From: Acidimicrobiales bacterium
Lineage (GTDB): Bacteria > Actinomycetota > Acidimicrobiia > Acidimicrobiales > JAHWKP01
Length of the DNA: 64,000 nt
Assembly (NCBI GenBank): GCA_035526705.1
Contig: DATLBX010000057.1
Location: 99-64,098, forward strand
Reading direction: 5' to 3'
Each line of letters starts with the position of its first letter. Positions within the stretch are counted from its first letter, which is position 1. A model generated the notes under the pieces. It searched no databases. It was not told where the DNA came from and saw only the letters and a program-made list of their open reading frames with translations. Below are positions 28,239 to 36,120 of the stretch, in pieces. The position numbers were made by a program, and so were the translations under genes.

Positions 28239-28293
28239 GGGCGTGGGTGGGGCCGCACGCTCTGCAGCGGCCGGGTTGGGGTGCGCGGCCGCC
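28239..28293 (+). repeat. Family A repeat, copy A5
   Basis: GGGCGTGGGTGGGGCCGCACGCTCTGCAGCGGCCGGGTTGGGGTGCGCGGCCGCC, 11 nt from the sigma-factor stop. Confidence 0.8.
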
Positions 28294-28303
28294 AGTGATA
28301 TCG

Positions 28304-29242
28304 CTAGACGGCCAGGAGGTCGCGGGCGCCCGTGTCGCTGCTCGGGTGACGCAGCTTCGACATGGCACGGGCTTCGATCTGGCGGATCCGCTCACGCGTG
28401 AGGTTGAAGTGCTCCCCGACCTCCTCGAGAGTGCGGGCTTCGCCACGGTCGAGACCGAAGCGCAGACGCAGGATCTCCTTCTCACGGTCATCGAGCGGAC
28501 CGAGCAGGCGGTTGATCTCTTCGGGCAGGAGCGCCGTTGCTGCAACCTCGAAGGGCTGCTCGGCCGAGAGGTCGGGCACAACGTCGCCCAATTCAGCGTC
28601 GCCGTCTTCCCGCAGCGGCTCGGAGAGCGAAAGGGGCTCGGCCGCGAAGCGCAAAGCCTCCGAGACCTTGTCTTCGGGCATCTCCACTTCGGCGGCCAAC
28701 TCGGCCTGGGTGGCGGGCCGACCCAGCTTGAGCTCCAGGCGCGAGCGCGCCTTCTGGAGCCGCGCCAACGTGTCCCCGGCGTGGACCGGCAGGCGGATGG
28801 TGCGGCCGGTGTTGGCGATGCCGCGGGTGATGGCCTGACGGATCCACCATGTTGCATAGGTCGAGAACTTGAAACCCTTGCGCCAGTCGAACTTCTCGAC
28901 GGCGTGCATCAGGCCGAGGTTGCCCTCCTGGACCAGGTCGAGGAGGGGCAGGCCGGAGGCCTGGTACTTCTTGGCGATCGAGACGACCAAACGCATGTTG
29001 GCGAGGATGAACTCCTCCTGGGCCGACTCGCCCTTGCTGATGGCGCGGCGAAGCTCGCGGCGCTTGGCCGCGGTGATCTTGCTGCCCAACTTCTCCATCT
29101 CCTCACGAGCCGACGTGCCGGTTTCGATGGCCTGGGCCAGTCGAACCTCGTCGTCCTTCGTCAGGAGCTGGAAACGCCCGATATCAGTGAGGTAAAGACG
29201 TACGAGGTCCTCGTCGTCCCGTTCCACTCGCTCTTTGGCCAC
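28304..29242 (-). CDS. RNA polymerase sigma-70 factor, group 1/2 type lacking a long region 1.1 (SigB/HrdB-like)
   Basis: Region 1.2 DLVRLYLTDIGR, region 2 FILANMRLVVSIAKKY...GNLGLMHAVEKFDWRKGFKFSTYATWWIRQAI, region 4 LEEVGEHFNLTRERIRQIE. GTG at 29242 is preceded by AAGAAGGG; the 105-codon ORF-track extension runs through repeat A6. Confidence 0.9.
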   Translation of the reverse strand: MAKERVERDDEDLVRLYLTDIGRFQLLTKDDEVRLAQAIETGTSAREEMEKLGSKITAAKRRELRRAISKGESAQEEFILANMRLVVSIAKKYQASGLPLLDLVQEGNLGLMHAVEKFDWRKGFKFSTYATWWIRQAITRGIANTGRTIRLPVHAGDTLARLQKARSRLELKLGRPATQAELAAEVEMPEDKVSEALRFAAEPLSLSEPLREDGDAELGDVVPDLSAEQPFEVAATALLPEEINRLLGPLDDREKEILRLRFGLDRGEARTLEEVGEHFNLTRERIRQIEARAMSKLRHPSSDTGARDLLAV

Positions 29243-29393
29243 TGTCACCCTTCTTGTTGTTTCGGTCTGTGCGCCGGTCTCCCGAACCCCGAAAGGGGGC
29301 AAAAAGACAACGTCCGAGGTCAGCAGGCCATTCCCGCCTCTGCTACCTGGCATGGCCACCATAAAGGAGGCGTCAAGCCCTATATCTCTACCC

Positions 29394-29452
29394 GGGGCGG
29401 GCACCCCGACCCGCCCCTCCTCCGGAGCGTGGGGGCCGACCCACGCCCGGCC
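29394..29452 (-). repeat. Family A repeat, copy A6 (reverse orientation, variant second hairpin)
   Basis: The reverse complement reads GGCCGGGCGTGGGTCGGCCCCCACGCTCCGGAGGAGGGGCGGGTCGGGGTGCCCGCCCC. It lies ~150 nt upstream of the sigma start. Confidence 0.75.
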
Positions 29453-29506
29453 GTCGTCTCTTGACATTCGCCTTTGTGCAGGCGAATCCCTGCCTAGGTT
29501 GGGCTC

Positions 29507-29893
29507 GTGCTCGACGATGACGGTCGGCCTGGGGCAGGAGCCCCAGGCTTCGGACAAGGGCAGGGCCCCGGGGTCCCCGCTCGGGACGAAATAGAGATCG
29601 CGGTCGTGACGATGGTGCTGGATGCGGTCGATATGGACCGATTAATCCCAATTGTTTCCAAATACGTGGTGCTCAGCCGGCAGCAGCCCGGGTGCCGGAA
29701 CATCGACCTCTGTGCCTCGGTGACGACGCCCAACCGGCTGGTGATCATTCAGAAATGGGAGTCGGCCGCCGCCCAGCGGGCGCACTTCGATTCCCCCGAG
29801 ATGGTCGAGATGGCCGAGATGGCGAAGCCACTCCTGGCCGGGCCGCCGGCGATCGACCTGTTGGACGGCTTATCCGCCCATGATCTGACGTGA
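29507..29893 (+). CDS. Antibiotic-biosynthesis-monooxygenase (ABM) domain protein
   Basis: Ferredoxin-like pattern: QQPGCRNIDLCASVTTPNRLVIIQKWESAAAQRAHFDSPEM. The start is uncertain (GTG 29507). Confidence 0.65.
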   Translation: MLDDDGRPGAGAPGFGQGQGPGVPARDEIEIAVVTMVLDAVDMDRLIPIVSKYVVLSRQQPGCRNIDLCASVTTPNRLVIIQKWESAAAQRAHFDSPEMVEMAEMAKPLLAGPPAIDLLDGLSAHDLT

Positions 29894-30433
29894 GGCCAGC
29901 TCGCCCGAGAGCGAGCTGAGCTCCGCCCAGGAGAGGGAGTCGGCGGTCCAGATCTTCTCGAAGCTCGCGTCGGCGGCGTCCGAGAAGCCGTGGCGGGCGC
30001 GGAAGTGGTAGTGCCGGCGGGGCTTGGAGATCTCCCACCCCTTCCGGGCACACCGCCCCGCCGCCCACGCATCCCACGCCACCCGCTGCGCCACTGTCAG
30101 GTCTTCATCCGGCGGTGCGTCTGCGAATTCGGGGCTGCGGCGGTCGAGCGCCCGGTGCAGGACGACGCCGAGTGACTCGGTCGTACCCTTCTCTGCCAGG
30201 TGCCGGGGCTTCTTGGAGTTCTCGAACGCGCCGGACTCGAACTGGATGTGGAGCGGCGTGAAGCTGAGGACGCGAGACCGGCCGAAGGGCGTGCGCTCGT
30301 CGACCTCGATCGTGATCTCGTCGTCGGGGGCGAAGCCGATGCTGTCCGCGACGAGGCTCGCGATCTCCGCGATACGTGCTGCGTCGAACGACACGTAGTG
30401 GAATGTCTCGGGGAGGACCTTGATGTGAGCCAC
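29870..30433 (-). CDS. Hypothetical protein (187 aa, no recognisable motif)
   Basis: The GTG start lies 1 nt after the upstream stop, and codon composition is coding-like. It is the last gene of a three-gene minus-strand operon. Confidence 0.55.
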   Translation of the reverse strand: MAHIKVLPETFHYVSFDAARIAEIASLVADSIGFAPDDEITIEVDERTPFGRSRVLSFTPLHIQFESGAFENSKKPRHLAEKGTTESLGVVLHRALDRRSPEFADAPPDEDLTVAQRVAWDAWAAGRCARKGWEISKPRRHYHFRARHGFSDAADASFEKIWTADSLSWAELSSLSGELASRQIMGG

Positions 30434-30434
30434 G

Positions 30435-31082
30435 TCAGGCCGGGACAGTCTGCAGTTGCGGGATGGTGCCGGGTCCGGCGATTCCGCCGGCCGCCAGGAG
30501 CATTTCTTCGAGCGCGCCTTGCCGTGCCGCGGCGCGGTCGATCTCGTCGGGCCCGCCGATCAACGACTGAATGAGCATCTCCCCCTCGCGCCAGTCCGAC
30601 ATCTCATCTGCGAGAGCGAAGCGCAAGGACCGAATGGTCGGCGCGTCGGTGATCGTCGACGTGTTGCGCAGATGGTGGGTGTATGCCGCAATCTTGTGCG
30701 GGATCAGCACGCGGTACACGCCAACGAGCTTCTCCAAGGTCTTGTCGATGCCCTCGGGCTCGGTCAGCGCTTCCGCGAAGGCGACGAGCTCATCGTTGGG
30801 CGGTTGCGTCAGGCGGTCCGGGTTCATCTCGCGAAGTTCCGGCAGCCGCTTGTGCCACAAATCGGCGTGCCACGCGTGGTGGTAGCAGTGCGTGCCCAAC
30901 TTCATCTTGATGTCGAGTTCGGGCACCGTGGCGACCCATCCGCCGAGCGCCTCGAAGAGCTTCATCTCGATCCACTTGTAGTGGCCGACTCGGCGGGCGG
31001 TTTCCTCGACGGTAAACCCACCCGGTAGCCGCCGCCGATCCCACGGCGCGAAAGGGGGGCGCGGCTCTCTCGCGTTCGTCAC
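30435..31082 (-). CDS. Hypothetical all-alpha protein with His-rich motif HCYHHAWHADLWH (possibly ferritin-like or heme-oxygenase-like fold)
   Basis: Last 215 codons of ORF 30435..31625. GTG at 31082 lies 14 nt after the upstream stop. The fold guess rests only on composition and motif. Confidence 0.55.
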   Translation of the reverse strand: MTNAREPRPPFAPWDRRRLPGGFTVEETARRVGHYKWIEMKLFEALGGWVATVPELDIKMKLGTHCYHHAWHADLWHKRLPELREMNPDRLTQPPNDELVAFAEALTEPEGIDKTLEKLVGVYRVLIPHKIAAYTHHLRNTSTITDAPTIRSLRFALADEMSDWREGEMLIQSLIGGPDEIDRAAARQGALEEMLLAAGGIAGPGTIPQLQTVPA

Positions 31083-31096
31083 GGGCCGGAACCTAG

Positions 31097-32929
31097 TTAC
31101 TGGTTGGGTGGCGCGCCTTGACTGGGCGAGGGGTCGAGGGCGCCGCCGGTGTTGAATCCTGAGCACGGATCGTCCGGCTTGGCCGCCGCGGTGATGTCGC
31201 GCTGGGGCCACTTGCCGACGAGGTGGCGTTCGGCAGCGTTCACCATCCGGTAACAGCCCGGGGCGGACGAATAGTCGGAGACCGCGTTGCGGTCCCACTG
31301 CCAGAGCGCGTTGTCCTTGACGCACGAGTAGTCGTTCGGCAGGTAGAAGCAGGCCGGACTGTCGGCCGAGGATGATGGGTGCGCGGGGATCGCATGGAAC
31401 CCCTTGTCGACACTTTCGGGCGTGACCTTCGGGCCTGCGACCTGAATGCCCGTGAACAGCTGGCGCAGATCCTCGTAGAACCGGCACGGAATCGAAGTGT
31501 CCTGGTAGGGCAGGTCGGGCGCAGCTTCGCGCAGCGCCTTGAAGCACTGCGTGTCGACCCAGGCGCCGATGGCGGCCTTTGGCGTGAAGACCCAGGCGTG
31601 ATCCCACACGTCCTGGTCCATCCACTTCCCGTGGACGATGTTCTCGTAGCCGTTCCCCGTAAGCACGATCGACTCAGGGAAGTACGCGGCGCGCTTGGCG
31701 GCCTCGGACCATTCCTTGTCGTAATAGAGATTCCAGATCACGGTCGTGATCTCGTTGGACTTCAGTTCCGCCACCATGGCCGTGTACGCGTCGGCGTCGT
31801 GCGGGCTCTGCCAAATGGAGCCCTTGAACGCAAAATTCCGCTCCATCGCAAAGCTTCCGCCGCATTCGGCTACATCGGACTTGATGCGTGCCGCCGCCTT
31901 GTCGTCGATCTCCGAGTCATCGGGGACGAGAGTCAGGAAGGCCATCTTGCGAGGACGGCCCTGGTATGCGGGATCACCCGAGTCCGAAACCGGCCGGTTC
32001 ACAACTTGCTGACACAGCAGGTTCGTAAAACCGTCGACCAGGAATTCCATCGGCTGGTTGTAGCCCCACACGAGCCCGGGGTAGGTGCGGTAGGAGTCGA
32101 TCGAAACGAGCCCTGAACCCGCGCCGAAGGTCATCACCCCGCGGCGGGCCATGGGCGCGATGTAGCTGTCGACTTCGTCGACATCGTTTACGACCACAGC
32201 GAAGGGTTTGACGCGGCTGTAGCCCTCGGCCGCATCGGCCGCGCGTGTCTCAGGCGAGCTGATGCTCTGGCCGCCGCCGCGGCCGAAGTGCACCCAGAAA
32301 TGGACGAAGCGGCCGTAGGTCTGGAATCGCTCATTGAAGTAGCGCTGCCAGACCCGCATGGCTTCGACCGTGTACGGGTCGTCCTCCCCCGGCGGCTGCG
32401 CGAGGTCGTAGAACGCGTTCTCCGCAGGAGTCTGCTGACCGCGGCTGCCGAGATAGTTCGCGTTGCCGTGTCCCCAGTAGAAGAGCACCCGGATCTCATC
32501 AGCGGTAACTCCGGGATAGGTGTTGCCGCCGTTGTCACCATTGAAGCTCGCGACGCAAGGAGGCGCGGCGGGATCTTCGGTCTGCCGCGGTGGACGGCCG
32601 ACACACCGTTTGGTCGACGGCGTCTTGATAGCGCGGCCTCCCACCTCGCCGCCCCCGAGATCACCGGCGTCCGCAAGGGCTTCACTGGTCAAGCCCGAAG
32701 AGCTACCCAGCCCTAGCGACGAGAAGTTTCCGGAGGGCGGCGTGACTTCGTTCTGGTCCTCCGGCGGGACCGGCGCGTACTCCAGCGTCTCAGACGGAGT
32801 CGATTGAGGGATGTTGAGCGCGGACGGAAGGATGCTCAGGAGAGCGACCGCGGCGAGCATCGAAGTGACCAGCGGCAGGCGGTCGTGCCCCCAGGTGGAG
32901 CGGGGCGTGGCGCGAGCGCTCAACGCCAC
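31097..32929 (-). CDS. Exported Cys-rich protein with type-1 periplasmic-binding-protein-like core (LivK-like GVTADEIRV start motif); orphan, with no ABC partners nearby
   Basis: GTG start preceded by GGAGA. N-terminal signal anchor MLAAVALLSILPSAL, a Ser/Gly linker, then GVTADEIRVLFYWG. 610 aa with >10 Cys. Confidence 0.6.
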   Translation of the reverse strand: MALSARATPRSTWGHDRLPLVTSMLAAVALLSILPSALNIPQSTPSETLEYAPVPPEDQNEVTPPSGNFSSLGLGSSSGLTSEALADAGDLGGGEVGGRAIKTPSTKRCVGRPPRQTEDPAAPPCVASFNGDNGGNTYPGVTADEIRVLFYWGHGNANYLGSRGQQTPAENAFYDLAQPPGEDDPYTVEAMRVWQRYFNERFQTYGRFVHFWVHFGRGGGQSISSPETRAADAAEGYSRVKPFAVVVNDVDEVDSYIAPMARRGVMTFGAGSGLVSIDSYRTYPGLVWGYNQPMEFLVDGFTNLLCQQVVNRPVSDSGDPAYQGRPRKMAFLTLVPDDSEIDDKAAARIKSDVAECGGSFAMERNFAFKGSIWQSPHDADAYTAMVAELKSNEITTVIWNLYYDKEWSEAAKRAAYFPESIVLTGNGYENIVHGKWMDQDVWDHAWVFTPKAAIGAWVDTQCFKALREAAPDLPYQDTSIPCRFYEDLRQLFTGIQVAGPKVTPESVDKGFHAIPAHPSSSADSPACFYLPNDYSCVKDNALWQWDRNAVSDYSSAPGCYRMVNAAERHLVGKWPQRDITAAAKPDDPCSGFNTGGALDPSPSQGAPPNQ

Positions 32930-32986
32930 GTTTGGATCTCCATCGCGTGAAGTATCCCGCCCCGGACGGCCACGGTCAGGTCGCGA

Positions 32987-34954
32987 TCACAGGTGGCGTC
33001 GAAGCCAATCGATGGTCGCCTCCAGTGAGGCGAGCTTCGCCCACGGGCGTCCCGGCATGAAGACGTCCGAGGACCTGCTGGGGAACACCATCAGGTCGAC
33101 CGTCTTGCCCTTGAGTCGAAGCCAGTTGAAGATGAATTCGGACTCCGACAGGGGGGTGCGCCCGTTATCGGCGGGTACCAGTAGTCGCACCGGAATGTCG
33201 AGTTTGTCCAAGTGCGACGCGGGCGAAAGCCGGCGCCACTTCTCGATGTCCTCCCACGGGTAGCACTGCAGGACATCGGGGAAGAAGTGAGGACCCAAGT
33301 CGCTGGAGCCGAACAACGCCTCGAAGCTCACCATGGCGCGCCGGGTGATGATGGCCTTGAACCGATTCGTATCGGTGGCGAGCCGCAGAGCGGCAAGGGC
33401 CCCGTAGGTGATGCCCCCAGCGGCCAGCCGATCGCCGTCGGAAATACCGGCTTCGATCGCCGCGTCGCAGACGGCTTCGAACGTCGGCTGGTCGCACTCG
33501 CCCCACGCGCCGTAGACCTTCGATGCGAAGTCCTCGCCAAACCCCTCGCTGCCGGGCGGGTTGCAAAGCAGGCTGGCGAACCCTGCGGTGGCGAGGAAGC
33601 GGGGGTCGAGTCGGTAATCACGAGACCACGAGCTCCCCGGCCCTGGGTGAATGTCGAGCAGGGTCGGGAACGGGCCCTCGCCCGGCGGCACGACGGCCCA
33701 TGCGTCGATCTCGACACCGTCGACAGTGACGTCGAGCTTCCGAATTTCCGGAATCGCCCGGTCGGCCAGCCACGGGTTGGGATCGTGGACCACGCGCTCG
33801 CTCGCCCCATCCAGGTCGGCCACGCGAACGGTGATGACCTCGTCACCAGAGGTCGCGGTGAAGGCAATGCGTTGCCCGGCGAGGTCGTGTTCCCCGATCA
33901 TCCGATCCCCGGTCAGGATGGGCTCAGGCTTGCCGTTTTCGTCGAGCCGGTAGACCCACGTGCGCCCGGCGTCGACGACGTTGAACCAGAGACTGTCGTC
34001 CGCGGCTCGAGTGAGCATGCGTTGATTCGACATGTACTCCACTGTCAGCGACTGCGTCTCCGACACTCGCCCAGCCGGTCGTTCGAGATGGCCGGTCCTG
34101 TCCTCTCCGTTCACATAGACCCGATAGACGTCCGCCGCATACCAGCGGACCTCTGGTGGCTGGCCGATCCAGGCGATGTCACCACTCCGACCGAACGAGT
34201 AGCCGCGAACGGAATTGGCGTCGCGCACCACGCACTCGGCTTCGCCGCCATCGCGCCGAATTGCCCATATGGACGTAAGGGGGCTGTTGTCGAAGTCGTC
34301 GTTTCGGTTGGCCACGAAGGCCAATCGCCCGTCGGCGGTGAATCCTGGCTGGCCCACGGGATACGGGCCCTCCGTGAGCATCTTCGGCTCTCCGCCGAGG
34401 GGGCACCACCACAGTTGCGGGGCTTCGTCCGGAAGCATCGTTCCGCTCGACCGATAGTTGAACCGCTCGATGTGCTTGATCCGCGCGCGGTAACGCTCGA
34501 TGCGCTCCGCGTCGTCCGCAGGGGCAGGCCGGGGGACGGAACCGACGAAGCCGGGGTTGTCCGGCCACGCCGGCAGCGCGGTCACCGCGAACCCATCGCC
34601 GTCAGGGCTCCAGCGCCATGAGCCGATGCCGCGGGGCAGCGATACGGCCTCGCGCTCCTCGCCGGTCTCCTTGTCGAGCAGCCAGATGGCCGTCGGTCTG
34701 CCATCGCGAGCGGACGTGAACGCCAAGGTGCGCCCATCGGGGGACCACGCCGGCGACGAGTCGCGCCGCCCGCGTGTCAGCTGGACGGGGGCGCCCCCGC
34801 CCTCTACGTCAACGGACCAGAGGTTCCACTTCGTGTCGTCCGCCTCGAGGTCGTAACGCCCTTCGGCGAACACCACCGACGAACCGTCCGGAGAGAGGGC
34901 CAGCTGCCCGACGATCCGCACGTCGAGCAAGTCCGATAGCTGAAGCGGCTGCAT
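32987..34954 (-). CDS. S9-family (acylaminoacyl-peptidase-like) homologue with beta-propeller; catalytic Ser and His apparently replaced
   Basis: ATG preceded by AGGAG. Propeller repeats SPDGSSVVF/SPDGRTLAF. The nucleophile elbow reads GGITYGA instead of GxSxGG, and the expected His region reads FPSRSSDVF. Confidence 0.8.
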   Translation of the reverse strand: MQPLQLSDLLDVRIVGQLALSPDGSSVVFAEGRYDLEADDTKWNLWSVDVEGGGAPVQLTRGRRDSSPAWSPDGRTLAFTSARDGRPTAIWLLDKETGEEREAVSLPRGIGSWRWSPDGDGFAVTALPAWPDNPGFVGSVPRPAPADDAERIERYRARIKHIERFNYRSSGTMLPDEAPQLWWCPLGGEPKMLTEGPYPVGQPGFTADGRLAFVANRNDDFDNSPLTSIWAIRRDGGEAECVVRDANSVRGYSFGRSGDIAWIGQPPEVRWYAADVYRVYVNGEDRTGHLERPAGRVSETQSLTVEYMSNQRMLTRAADDSLWFNVVDAGRTWVYRLDENGKPEPILTGDRMIGEHDLAGQRIAFTATSGDEVITVRVADLDGASERVVHDPNPWLADRAIPEIRKLDVTVDGVEIDAWAVVPPGEGPFPTLLDIHPGPGSSWSRDYRLDPRFLATAGFASLLCNPPGSEGFGEDFASKVYGAWGECDQPTFEAVCDAAIEAGISDGDRLAAGGITYGALAALRLATDTNRFKAIITRRAMVSFEALFGSSDLGPHFFPDVLQCYPWEDIEKWRRLSPASHLDKLDIPVRLLVPADNGRTPLSESEFIFNWLRLKGKTVDLMVFPSRSSDVFMPGRPWAKLASLEATIDWLRRHL

Positions 34955-34963
34955 TTTTGGCTC

Positions 34964-36115
34964 CTAGTTGTCTTTGGGACTCAGTACATCGACGAGACGG
35001 TCCAGCTCATCTTCGGAGTTGTAAAAATGAGGCGACACGCGGTTCGTGTCGCCGTAGGCGCGGATGAAGAGGCCGGCCGCGAGCGCCCTTTCGACGTTCT
35101 CGTCCGGAGTTCGACCCGGCGTCCGGAACGCCATCAACCCGGATGATTCGTCGGACCGGCGGGGCCACGGCGCAGCGATCTCGTGACCCCGGGCTTCCAG
35201 GGCCTGGGCCAATCGCGTCGTCAGTCCCACAACCCGTTCTTCGACCGCGTCGTGACCGAAGTCGGCCAACAGCTCGACCCCGGCACGAAACGCGGCGATG
35301 TCCAACCAGGAGGCCGCGGACTCCTGGAAGCGGCGGGCCCCCGGCGCCCATTCGAGCGCAGGGTCCATGACGTTGCCGAACGGGTCCGCCACCGAGCCCA
35401 TACCCACCAGGACCGGTCGTAGCCGCTCGATCAGTGCAGGGTGCAGCCAGCAGAACCCGATGCCCCAGGTCCCGAGGAGCCACTTCATGGACCCAGCGGC
35501 GAGCAGGTCGACGTTGGCGCTCTCCACATCTACGCGCACTGCACCGACGGCCTGCATGGCGTCTACGGCGAAGATCACTCCCCGCTCGCGGCATGCTGCG
35601 CCGATCGCCGCGACATCGGCGCGATATCCGTTCCAGAACTGCACCAGGCTGAGCGCGACAACGCGGGTGCGGTCGTCGACTTGCTCCAACACCTGCTCGA
35701 CTCCGACGCGGCCATCCTGCGGTGTGGCTCGGCGCAGTTCGACACCTCGGTCGGCCAGCGCCATCCAGGGATAGAGGTTGGTGGGGAATTCCTTCCACGC
35801 GCCGACGACGTTGTCGCCCTCGTTCCAATCCAGCCCGCCGGCGAGCAATCCCAGGCCGTGCGCGGTGGCCCGGGTCAGGGTCAAGTGCGCCGGATCGGCG
35901 TTCAGCATCGAGGCCAGACCGTCGAAGAGCGCGTTCCGGTCCGCGGCGAAGCCTTCGGTCATGGTCAGCATCGACCCTTCCGTCATCGCCGTGGCGGCGC
36001 GCTCGACAGCGTCCCGCGCCCGAGTGTGCATCGGCGCGCCCCCGCCATGGTTGAGCCAGACCAGCTCCTTGAGACTCGGGAAGAACTCCCGCGCCTCCGC
36101 GACGGAAAGGGGCAA
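34964..36115 (-). CDS. Aminotransferase class V-fold PLP-dependent enzyme
   Basis: Family pattern LNHGGGAPM...DAMQAVGAVRVD...AGSMKWLLGTWGIGF (putative PLP Lys). TTG start 5 nt after the upstream stop. Confidence 0.8.
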   Translation of the reverse strand: MPLSVAEAREFFPSLKELVWLNHGGGAPMHTRARDAVERAATAMTEGSMLTMTEGFAADRNALFDGLASMLNADPAHLTLTRATAHGLGLLAGGLDWNEGDNVVGAWKEFPTNLYPWMALADRGVELRRATPQDGRVGVEQVLEQVDDRTRVVALSLVQFWNGYRADVAAIGAACRERGVIFAVDAMQAVGAVRVDVESANVDLLAAGSMKWLLGTWGIGFCWLHPALIERLRPVLVGMGSVADPFGNVMDPALEWAPGARRFQESAASWLDIAAFRAGVELLADFGHDAVEERVVGLTTRLAQALEARGHEIAAPWPRRSDESSGLMAFRTPGRTPDENVERALAAGLFIRAYGDTNRVSPHFYNSEDELDRLVDVLSPKDN

Positions 36116-36120
36116 GCGGA

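Noticed and set aside
29341-29393. Promoter for the sigma gene in the AT-richer patch (minus strand ...TAGAGATATAGGGCTTGACGCCTCCTTTATGGTGG...).
   Set aside because: TTGACG and TATGGT are present, but the 7-nt spacing is incompatible with a -35/-10 pair. No alternative pairing with 16-19 nt spacing was found by eye.
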